The notes under the pieces: model-generated
Seen by the model: only the letters and a program-made list of their open reading frames with translations
The model's database searches: none
Told to the model about the DNA's origin: nothing
Shown here: one piece after another, positions 52,911-64,000 of the stretch
Numbering within the stretch: position 1 is the stretch's first letter
Layout: every line of letters starts with the position of its first letter
Source of the DNA: Octopus vulgaris
Taxonomy: Eukaryota
DNA: 64,000 bases
Assembly (NCBI GenBank): GCA_951406725.2
Contig: OX597824.1
Location: forward strand, 88,598,001 to 88,662,000
Direction: 5' to 3'
Made by a program: the position numbers and the translations under genes

Positions 52911-54401
52911 TAAAAGTTTTTTTAAAGCAAACACTTCAAGGTGTAACACCTCCAGCATTGTTTAATCAACTGCACTTATGAATGGGTTACACTGCTCTCG
53001 GCGCTATCAAGCAATTGTATAGCTCTTGACGTCAACTGCCCAGTCTTCATATCACATACATCAAAGGGTTGAAGCCGGTGCGGTCGAGCTGAATTTTTTT
53101 TATCATATGGCAATGGAATAATGAATTGTGTTAATGTAAGCATTTTTTAGTAGTTTCTTTGTGACTTTTGAATTATTAGTGAGGCTTTTCTTGTTGCTGT
53201 GCTATCATAATAGGTTACACATATATTTTAAGTGCAGAGGTAGCTGTGGGGTTAAGAAGCTCACTTCCCAAACATAAGGTCCCTGGTTCAGTCCTAGTAT
53301 GTGGCACATTGGGCAAGTTTCTTCTAGTACAGCATCGGGCCAACCAAAGTTAGTGAATGGATTTGTTAGGTTGAAACTAAAAGAATTCTTTTCTACTCTA
53401 GGCACAAGGCCCGAAATTTATGGGGAGGGGGCAGCCAGTTGATTAGATCGACCCCTCCTCCCCCAGTACACAACTGGTACTTAATTTATTGACCCTGAAA
53501 GGATGAAAGGCAAAGTCGACCTCGGCGGAATTTGAACTCGGATCGTAAAGACAGATGAAATACCGTGGTGGTGGTGGTGTGTGGGTGTGTGTCCTGGCAA
53601 GGCTGTGTGGTTAAGCTTGCTTTGTAACTACTTGGTTTCACATTTAGTCCCCCTGCATGGACTTTGGCCAAATGCCTTCTACTGTAAGCCCCAGACTGAC
53701 CAATGTCTTGTGGATGACTTTCGTTGGCAGAAACTATGTGGAAGCCCAATGTTCATGCATATATACACATATATATACATATATATTTGCATCACGAAAA
53801 AACACACCATTTGAGCGTGGCTGTTGCCAGTACCGTCTGGCTGGCCCTCGTGCCAGTGGCACATAAAAGCACCCACTACACTCTCGGAGGGGTTGGCGTT
53901 AGGAAGGGCATCTGGCTGTAGAAACTCTGCCAGATCAAGATTGGGGTCTAGTGCAACCATCTGGTTCGCCAGTCCTCAGTCAAATCGTCCAACCCATGCT
54001 AGCATGGAAAGCAGACGTTAAACGACGACGATAATGATGATGATGATGATGATGATGTGTGTGTGTCATCATCATCATCATCATTATCTGCGTTCAATAA
54101 TATATCCATGTAACGCATACTAGCGTGAGAAAAAAAAAACATCAGATATATATATATATCATCATTTTAACATCAACTCATAGCTATACAAGTATATAGG
54201 ATTTAATGGTTTTTAGTAGCTTTCAGAGCTTATAGCTGATAGATGTACATGTTGATTTAAACTCAATATATGTTTGTTTATACTATAATTTAGGTGCAGT
54301 TCAAGTTGGTCCCTGGTCACAAGAATGTTGGAAGTTTGTCTCTAGGATAGGCAGTTTTTGCCCTGCCTACTGTTTATATATATATGTGTGTATATGTATA
54401 T

Positions 54402-54451
<50 letters not shown>

Positions 54452-56471
54452 TTGGAAGAGTATGTATGGCAATATCATATAATTTATATTGTGTGTGTGT
54501 GTGTGTGTGTGTGTGTACATTCCCTTTACTCTTTTACTTGTTTCAGTCATTTGACTGCAGCCATGCTGGAGCACCGCCTTTAATCGAGCAACTCGACCCC
54601 GGGACTTATTCTTTGTAAGCCCAGTACTTATTCTATCGGTGTCTTTTGCCGAACCGCTAAGTGACGGGGACATAAACACACCAGCATCGGTTGTCAAGCA
54701 ATGCTAGGGGGACAAACACAGACACACAAACATACACACGCACACACACATACATATATATATATACATATATACGACAGGCTTCTTTCAGTTTCTGTCT
54801 ACCAACTCCACTCACAAGGCTTTGGTCGGCTCGAGGCTATAGTAGAAGACACTTGCCCAAGGTGCCACGCAGTGGGACTGAACTTGGAACCATGTGGTTG
54901 GTAAACAAGCTACTTACCACACAGCCACTCCATGCATGTATACTAAAATATAAATTAGTTTATAGGATAGCTATATATATATATATATTGGGAGAAATCT
55001 GTTAACTGTTATCCAGTGTTTATGAAGATCAAACTAAGTTTCAGTGAGTGTCGAAAGCAGATCTCCGATGAACATCTTCCAATACACCAAATCTTTTCCT
55101 GATTTCTCCCAGAAATTTTTCCATCCAATTCTCCGAACTTATAAGTTTTTTTATACTTATTTATATCTATCATAAATTCCTGCCTTTTGTATCAAATTTC
55201 ACTCCGTTGTTTAATGAATTTTTATTCCTTTTATTCCAATAAACAAACTTCTTCTATTGCTCGCCTGGGAATTTTAATGCATTTTTTAAAAACTGGAATA
55301 GTGACCCCCACCCCTTACATCAAGTTTCTATAATGTGGCTTCATTATTGATAATTTCCAATTCAGCTTTTGTTCAGCTAAGTCCCTATCAGTCCCTAATT
55401 ATTTATTTATTAATTCATTATAATTATAATCCCAGTATCAATATTTTATTGCAAAAGAGTTTCAAGCATATAAATTTCAAACACGAAATATGTTTTTCCC
55501 CATATGTCGACAATACAACACATTTTATACAAATTTTATTGATTCTAGAGAAAGGCAATGAATAAAAGGTAATGTTTGTCTTGTGAGGGTTTAACATTGA
55601 ATTCAATACATCACTGGCATTTTGCCATTGACAACAATCGGATAATGTCGCAGGAAGAATTATAATAGCCCTCCTCCTGCTACAATGACATACAAACTTC
55701 AAGTACTCTACTTGCTGTTATTAAGAACAAAATTAGGATTATAAAAGATATGAGCTTTCAGGCTGATAAATAAATTGTGTTGTACTTAGAAGACATAACA
55801 TTCAGCAATAGATTTGAATATAGGAAATTTAGTGTTAGAAAGAGCAGACTTAATTTCCATTTCCTTCAACATGGTGTTGGTGTTCTTTCTCATTGCTTTG
55901 ACAGATGAGGGTTTGACAAGACACAAATGAAATTTCTTCTGTTTGTCCAATGGCTACTCATGTGCAGAGTCAAAGCTGAAGACATGTAATAACATTTCCT
56001 GTCTGTCCCCATCAGCTCTTTCTGGACTTTCAAAGACAGTGTGATGGTATCTTGCCTTACTGAACAACTTACATGGTGAATATTATTGTGGTGGGCATGG
56101 TTTGTGCAGAGCCAGTCTCAGTTTCTCATCCTTCAAACCAAAGCTGTGGAGTTGGAGTCAGAGTCGGAAACAATTCAGGGGTAGCTGGAGTTGGAGTCAA
56201 TGAAACTACACCGACTCTGACTCCGATTCATGATATCTTTATTCTTTACTATAAACCAGTTATAACATATAGGCCTACTCAAAGTATGAGCGTATGCATG
56301 TGCTTTATGAGATATGTAGACCACATTCACTTAATTACATAAAGAGGAGTCGGAGGTGACATTAGTACAGGAGTTAGAGTCAAAGATTTTCGTTTCAACT
56401 CCACGGCCCGCTTCAAACTTGCATTGGTCAAGTGCAACAAGGGCCCACAGCTATTTAATATCAAATCACAC

Positions 56472-56608
56472 TGTTGTGTGGACGCTCCCAGACGATGAAG
56501 TAGGCTAGCCCAATACGTTGATATAGAGAGAGAAGCCTAGAGGTCAAGAGAGTAGTAGGAGCAGAGGAGTAGAGTTGAGTAGAGGTCATCCGAACGTGCG
56601 ACATAACA
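56472..56608. mobile_element. Short solo LTR-like element
   Basis: TGTTGTGT...ACATAACA inverted termini flanked by a 5-bp direct repeat CACAC. Confidence 0.55.
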
Positions 56609-58223
56609 CACACTCTGTCATCATAAAAAGTGGAATGAGACCCTGAGCCTTATGGTTTTGGACAGACTGTTGAGAAAAACGAAAATGGAGAGAGAGAGAG
56701 AGAGATAGGATGTTCGTTGGTTGTAGTTGTGCTCTGTCAGTGCTAAACAACAAACAGCAGAAACACAAATATCTTTTATATTTTACTTGTTTCAGTCATT
56801 CAACTGCAACCATGCTGAAGCATGACCTTCAATAAATTGACCCCAATACTTTGATCACTGGGCCAAAGTTATTAGGACATAAACAAACCAACACCAGTTG
56901 TCATAGTGGTGAGGGACAAACACAAAGACATGCACCCCCCCCCACACACACACAGAGGCATACATACATATGATGGGCTTCCATTCAGTTTCCCTCTACA
57001 AAATTTCCTCACAACGCATTGGTCACGCTGAGGCTATAATAGAAGACAAATTGCCCAAGGTGCCATACAGTGGGATTGAACTCAAAGCCTTGCATTTGCA
57101 AAGTGAGCTTCATAACCACACATTCATACCTTGCCTATATTTAAAAAACAAGAACATTTTCTTTAGTCACTATTTGCAAATCAATGTTTTAATTCTCGGT
57201 CAGTACAATTTAAAACATATAAATCTTGAAATAGAATTTTCCCCCGTAGCAATGCTTCATGGTCAGACAGTAGCCATCAAATACATGCACTCAATCAGCT
57301 ACTTCAAACCTAAAATGAAAAATTGACTGCGTAAAATATTTTGTTTAGTACTAGAAGATCTGTGATAAAAAAGGCAATTATGCCATGGGCTTATTTTTGT
57401 TTGAGGTATATATCATTATCAAAGGCGGCAAATTGGCAGAAACATTAGCACGCTGGGCAAAATGCTTATCAGTAATTCGTCTGCCGTTACGCTCTGAGTT
57501 CAAATTCCGCCGAGGTTGACTTTGCCTTTCGTCCTTTCAGGGTCGATAAATTAAGTACCAGTTATGCACTGGGGTCGATGTAATTGACTTAATCCGTTTG
57601 TCTGTCCTTGTTTGTCCCCTCTGTGTTTAGCCCCTTGTGGGTAGTAAAGAAATAGGTATTTTGTCTGCTGCTACGTTCTGAGTTCAAATTCCGCCGTGGT
57701 CGACTTTGCCTTTCATCCTTTCAGGGTCGATTAAATATGCACTAGTTATGCACTGGGGTCGATATAATCAACTTAATCCCTTTGTCTGTCCTTGTTTGTC
57801 CTCTCTGTGTTTAGCCCCTTGTGGGTTGTAATGAAATGGGTATATATCATTATCATTGTTTTAATATCCACTTTTGCATGCTTGCATTGGTTCAAGTGAA
57901 ATTCAATGGGACAAATTTTTTTACAGCTGGATGCCTTTCCTATCACCATATGTATGTGCTTCTCATGTGTGCATGCATATACACACACACACATGGTATT
58001 CGACTAAACATCTAAAAGCATTAGAAACATAATTTATATGTACATAGGCATAGAGTGGCTGTGTGGTGAGTAGCTTGCTTACGAACCACAGAGTTCCGGG
58101 TTCAGTCCCGCATGGCACCTTGGGCAAGTGTCTTCTACTATAGCCTTGGGCCGACCAAAGCCTTGTGAGTGGATTTGGTAGATGGAAACTGAAAGAAGCC
58201 CATCATATATATGTGTATATATA

Positions 58224-58259
<36 letters not shown>

Positions 58260-58471
58260 TGTATGTATGTTTGTGCGTCTGTGTTTGTCCTGCTACAGTC
58301 TCGGAGTGGTTGGCGTTAGGAAGGGCATCCAGCTGTAGAAACATTGCTAGATCAAATTGGAGCATGGAAAACGGACGTTAAACTACGATGATGATGGTGG
58401 TGGTGGTGATGATGATGATATGTGCACATGTGTTTATGTATATACATAGATTTTCTTTTTTCTTTTGACAG

Positions 58472-58561
58472 TTCCCATTCAATATCGGCCTAATGTTGGC
58501 AATTGCCTGGACCACATTAATATCACTTAGCAGGATCTACCTTGGAATGCATTCAGTTTTG
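58472..58561 (+). CDS. SGPP: SGPP coding exon 2 (90 nt, FPFNIGLMLAIAWTTLISLSRIYLGMHSVL)
   Basis: Not in the ORF track. Preceded by ttttctttttttcttttgacAG and followed by GTTTGT. Encodes the start of PAP2 C3 motif SRxxxxxHxxxD (SRIYLGMHSVL|D). Phase 0 at both ends. Confidence 0.95.
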
Positions 58562-58774
58562 GTTTGTATACATTTTCCCTTTACATTCTCTCCCATGTTT
58601 TTAAGTCCATTTTCCAAGGTTTGCATGGATTAGATCAGTGGGTCCCCCAAATTTTTTTCTCTTTGGGCCCCTTTGATTCCTATTTTAATTGGGTGGATCC
58701 TAATAGCCATTTGATGTTTTAAAAAATCCAGTTATTCTTATTTTGAATTTAACAATAAAATATACTTGACCACA

Positions 58775-59148
58775 TCTTCTCTCTATATATAAACGGCAGT
58801 TTGTCTGTGTGTGTTTCTATGTGTCTGTTTGGTTGTACCCTCACCATGACCACAGCTTTCAACCGATTCTGATGAAACTTGACACACACATAGCCCAATG
58901 TCATAATTCAAAACTAACGCAGCAAAAATTTTGAAAAGTTCCCCCAGTTCTGAAAAAAATCGATATATTCGACATGGGGTTGAGAATCAGAAACACAAAC
59001 CACAGACTGTCTAGGGGACGCAACTCGACCTTTTTAACTAAAAAAAAAATTACCATAATTTTTTTCCCATTTTTTGGCTATAACTCTCTAAAAATGCCTT
59101 ATAGTTATTTCCCTTACAAACCCAAGCAACGCCGGGCGATACTGCTAG
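58775..59148 (+). mobile_element. Non-autonomous Helitron (second copy, SGPP intron 2)
   Basis: Same termini (TC...hairpin-CTAG|T) and body as 38478-38852. Confidence 0.85.
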
Positions 59149-59437
59149 TTTAATATAAATGAGAACAAGCGGCCTCTACATAGTTACCTAATCTCTAGAA
59201 ATAGCAGCCATATCTCCTGGAAATTGCACCATGTCATTTCAAAAACAACGAAAGGACATATTGAATAATTCAGTCCTAGATGCATTATGTCTAAATAAAA
59301 GTTACGATGGTCATGACAGAAATATATTTTTGATCCTGGATCTGCTTAATCAGAGCTGACCAGGGGTTAAACAAACAAATACAAAATGTTTAATAACAAA
59401 TCTTAGGGCGAGTTATAAACAGTAGCTGCAACACATC

Positions 59438-59664
59438 GTGATGTATATTTGCCATTTAAATATGGCTAACCCCTAAGGGTGGATGCTATTGTAGTTTGTA
59501 GCCCCAGGACGACACCTCCTCCAGCTGGCTATAGACACACTTTCTGTATAGGTATACAGAAAGTGTGTCTATAGCCAGCTGGAGGAGGTGTCCTCCTGGG
59601 GCTACAAACTACACTAGCATCCACCCTTAGGGTTAGCCATATTTAAATGGCAAATATACGTCAC
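59438..59664. repeat. Near-perfect palindrome (~113-bp arms, 2-nt loop) in SGPP intron 2
   Basis: ...gacacactttctgtata GG tatacagaaagtgtgtc...; about 4 mismatches/indels over the stem. Confidence 0.93.
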
Positions 59665-60309
59665 AAAATTTTTAATTCTGCTAATTATTCAAGGCCATAA
59701 ATGGCCTCTAATCTTTTCCTATATAATCTAAATCCTTTGTATGCTAGAGCCAAGGTAGGACAACAGCTGTGCTGATGACACTGTTGAGGCAGAAACATAT
59801 GTATGCAACTAACTACTTGTCTTTAGACAGTCAGGGTTTTGTCAATTGATTAACTAACCAATTAACTAATCAATTGTTTGATTACCCATTTGATCGATCA
59901 CTTAATGAGCTAGGTTTGTGAAAATCTTTTCATCATTTGCAATCTGATCAATGACATGCCCTCTTATTATTGAGATTTTGAATGATGACAAATGTGCTTT
60001 CTCAAACTCGCTAACTGCTTGATTGACTGAATAATTAATCAAACAACCAATGAGTTAATTAGTTAAATGTTAATGTATTGACCAATAATTAATAATAAAA
60101 GAAGTGAAACAGAACCAGTACATGTGTCTATTATTGACATAATGACCCACCCAAGATACAATAAAATATGTTTAAATTAATTTTTATGAACGAAAATATT
60201 CCTAAAGCCATTACTTAAAAATATTAATTTCTTTTCTGTTATAAATTTTGACTCAAATTAATTTCACACATATCTAATCATTTTTGTGTTTTCTTTTTCT
60301 TTTTTGCAG

Positions 60310-60894
60310 GACATCATTGTTGGGGTTCTGTACGTGTGCATAATCCTTCCCTTGATCTACCCCTACCTTCAGGTTTTGGATCATTTTTCAGTAACACATC
60401 CTGTGGCTCCCTTCTTTACCATAGGTGTACCGTTTCTGCTCTGCTTGCTGTATCCACCGGTGGACAAATGGAACACAGCACGCAGGGATACAACCTTACT
60501 CATCGGTGTTGGCGCTGGCATTTCTGTCGGATCGTGGCTTTGTTACCAGCATGGATTCGCAACATCAAGCTATCCGATCCCGGTCCCATTGGAACTACCT
60601 TCAATCACTGCAGTGATCCTATGCTTTATTAGGCTGATCATCGGAGTTCCAATTATGTTGATTACGGCAGAACTTCTGCGGTTGATCATCCGAAACATTT
60701 GCAAACATATATTTGGAATTAATATAAAGGACCCGAAAATCAAAAGAATGCAAATTTACGAACTGACTGATAGTTTCTTACCGTTTCTGATTGTAGCCAT
60801 AAATGTAACTTATGGTATCCCAATGATATTCTCAGTTCTTGGAATCGATAGACCTTCCTATTACGCAGAAATTTTACCTCCTGTTTCTATCTAG
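60310..60894 (+). CDS. SGPP: SGPP coding exon 3 (terminal, multi-TM C-terminus)
   Basis: Strong polypyrimidine tract + CAG acceptor ending 60309. First codon GAC completes the C3 motif (DIIVG). Hydrophobic helices and the W..ARRDTT motif. TAG stop ends at 60894. Confidence 0.95.
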   Translation, partial: DIIVGVLYVCIILPLIYPYLQVLDHFSVTHPVAPFFTIGVPFLLCLLYPPVDKWNTARRDTTLLIGVGAGISVGSWLCYQHGFATSSYPIPVPLELPSITAVILCFIRLIIGVPIMLITAELLRLIIRNICKHIFGINIKDPKIKRMQIYELTDSFLPFLIVAINVTYGIPMIFSVLGIDRPSYYAEILPPVSI

Positions 60895-61149
60895 AGATCA
60901 AACGCATTCAGCAAGATGACAACTAATTAATCTGTGCAATGAATGGCTGTTATGTTTTCTAAATATGAGTGCAGCTAGAACAAGAATCTACAGTTAATAG
61001 TATTACCCCCAGATAACCATATCTATATCTATATATATATATGTATATATATACATATATATATGTGTATGTATGTACAGCATATTAACAAATGTATGCT
61101 TCCACAAATGTGTGTCTCTACGTGAGGGAGAGAAAGTTTTCATGTGTGT

Positions 61150-61188
<39 letters not shown>

Positions 61189-61303
61189 TATTTTAGTTTG
61201 CAAATATATCTGCTTGCATCTACATGCAAGTGTATTAGTATGTATACATGTGCATGTATGCGTGTGTGTGTGTATGAATATATATACAAATATATATATA
61301 AGT

Positions 61304-61467
<164 letters not shown>

Positions 61468-62932
61468 GGGCACAGGTGTAGTTGTGTGCTTAAAAGTTCA
61501 CGCCCAAATGACTTGTGAAATTTCGTAGGCAGAAAATGTGCATAAGTGTATTGTGTGTGTATGTGTGTATGTGTGTGTGTGTATGTGTGTGTGTGTATGT
61601 GTGTGTGTGTATGTGTGTGTGCTATATTACTGTTATTATTATTTTGAAGGTGGAGCAATGACAGAGTCAACAGTTTGTCTCTCAACAGGCTGCCTGTTCC
61701 ATATCTCCCTTCATGGTCTATAAAATACCCATCATTAATGTACAAAAGATTGATTCAATTAACTACACCCCACTCCTATATAGGTTTGGTTTGTGCTCAT
61801 GTAGCAAAAAAATATTAACAATTTTATTAATAGTTATATCAGGTTTTAATCATTATATGGTTTGGTTCTAACTACACACTTGAATATTTCCAACATTCTT
61901 AAAATTAGTTTGTATTTATGCATTAGGACATCTTTTATATAATAAATGAATATGAATACAGTGAATTATTTAATTATGGCAGATCAATGTGTATTTTGAT
62001 TATGCAATGATGTCTGATGAAGTGGTCTGGTTATTTTGTTATGTAGTATATTGATAAGCAAATAAATAACCATTCTATGGAAACATATGTAACATAATTG
62101 AATAATCAACTCCATCTATGTTCAGTTATTATTGTATTTTACTCTGTGATAAATGTGCAACGTCTTGTTCTTACATTCATTACATTGTATTTACAAAGTG
62201 CTTAATATCATGAATTAACTCGTTAAAATTGCATCATTTGTTTTTGTTTTTTTTATGGTTGATGGATGAGAACTATTGTTGGTATTCCTTTAGAATACCT
62301 TGCTAACTAAATTCTAATGTGAAGTGCTACTGTATTAATTTCCTAGATTTTAAAGATCCCTACTAATTGGAGATGTATGTATGTGTGTGTGTGTGTTGTG
62401 TGTGCATGTGTATAATACACACACTCACACACACACATATAGTAGACCATTTACCCAGTAGTGAGTGTTGCTACTCTTAAAGTTGTATCTGTAAAGACAC
62501 AGCACTACATGAAAAATCACGTCTCCAGAAACACCTTTTAGGATTCTAGAGGTATCGCCCAAAAATGTAGATAGGGATAGGTGTGGGGAAACACCCTTGT
62601 TTTTATCTAGTTTCTTGTTGGTACAATTTATGATCACGAATACGTGCTGGTACTTAATCTTGTGCAGCAGATTGAATAAATCTCTGTTTTGGGAGAATTT
62701 CAAGATTGCATAGTGTATCTGAAAGCCCACCGTTTGGGGCCCCGTCAGTTAGACAATTAGATGTTGCAGATCTGAGAATCTGATCTTTCCACTTGATTTC
62801 AGTCTCTTGTACAATTAAGACCTCAATTATCTGAATGAGAAGGCAGGGAGCATTTTGTCTGAATAACTGATTGTTTTAATAATTGATCTGATCATAAAAG
62901 AAAGGAAGCCATACTGAACATAATTACATTCA

Positions 62933-62985
62933 AATAAAGCACAAAAAGCATGTTTACAGAGTTTTTATGTTATTCAATCAATAAA
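62933..62985 (+). promoter_or_regulatory. Candidate polyadenylation signals of SGPP (3' UTR up to about 2.1 kb)
   Basis: AATAAA at 62933 and 62980 followed by U/GU-rich sequence, at the end of a largely TE-free stretch after the stop codon. Earlier AATAAA hexamers also exist (~61941, ~62061, ~62675), so the site used is uncertain. Confidence 0.4.
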
Positions 62986-64000
62986 GTGTACTCTTCTACA
63001 ATTTTTGATGCCTTTTCACTTTGATCTGTGTGCTGTAAAATTTCATTTTCCTGTTCAACTGTCGGTAATGTTATTTTTCTCTTTACAAACATGCTAAAAG
63101 CAACAAATGTTATTTCTGATAACAGATGTGTACTCTGTACAAAGTTGTTGAGTGAACAGAGACAACACTGATTTTCTCATGCTTTTAAATCCTTCAAAAT
63201 GCTCGGCCACTTTTATGTTATAAAATTATTTTAAAACTGTTTAAATCTACTACCCAAGAACAAACTTAGGTATTGAGTTCAGGGTGGTGAGCTGGCAGAA
63301 TTGTTAGCACGCCGGGCGAAATGCTTAGCGGTATTTCGTCTGCCGCTACGTTCTGAGTTCAAATTCCGCCGAGGTAGACTTTACCTTTCATCCTTTCGGC
63401 GTCAATTAAATAAGCACCAGTTACACATTGGGGTCGATATAATCAACGTAATCTGTTTGTCCTCTCTGTGTTTAGCCCCTTGTGGGTAGTAAAGAAATAG
63501 GTATTTCGTCGGCCGCTACGTTCTGAGTTCAAATTCCGCCGAGGTCGACTTTGCATTTCATCCTTTCAGGGTCGATTAAATAAGTACCAGTTACGCACTG
63601 GGGTCGATATAATCGTCTTAATCCCTTTGTCTGTCCTTGTTTGTCCCCACTATGTTAGCCCCTTGTGGGCAATAAAGAAATATAAGGTATTGAGTAACTT
63701 AGCGGTTCAGCAAAAAGAGAATGATAAAATAAATACTAGGCTTCCAAAGAATAAGTCCTGGGGTCGATTTGCTCGACTAAAGGCAGTGTTCCAGCATGGC
63801 CACAGTCAAATGACAGAAACAAGTAAAAGAGAAAGAGAGTATATATATATATATATATATCAATTGAATACACCTACTGAAAGAACTACAGGTAGTTTCA
63901 TGTTTTTATGGTACTTCGAGTAAGCATATATATAAAATACATCAGGTGTCTCCAAGCAACCTGTTTATTACTAGCTCTATTAGTATGTGTTTTAAATTGA

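Noticed and set aside
62425-62730. 101-aa minus-strand ORF
   Set aside because: No homology recognised, ends in a microsatellite, and lies in the probable SGPP 3' UTR.

Overview
AT-rich, repeat-dense animal genomic DNA. It is very probably an octopus or related coleoid cephalopod, inferred only from the SINE families and microsatellite load. One well-supported protein-coding gene is present: a 3-exon sphingosine-1-phosphate phosphatase (SGPP1/2-like, PAP2 family) on the + strand. Its CDS is 21912-22625 + 58472-58561 + 60310-60894 (462 aa), with a 35.8-kb first intron. Most of the rest is transposon-derived: several tRNA-derived SINE families (one multimeric), RTE- and R4/Dong-like LINE fragments, a full-length decayed Tc1 (DD34E), non-autonomous Helitrons, piggyBac/hAT/Tc2-like MITEs, three GG-terminated Merlin-like MITE families, a short solo LTR and Penelope-type ends. 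Most interesting: (1) a ~19-copy 105-bp tandem array whose unit carries splice signals on both strands and may sit in a spliced minus-strand transcript divergent from SGPP; (2) a tRNA-headed element with a minimal hammerhead-ribozyme-like motif, present as a head-to-head pair; (3) long near-perfect hairpins in SGPP introns that are candidate ADAR substrates. Almost all short ORFs in the supplied track are repeat or microsatellite artefacts.
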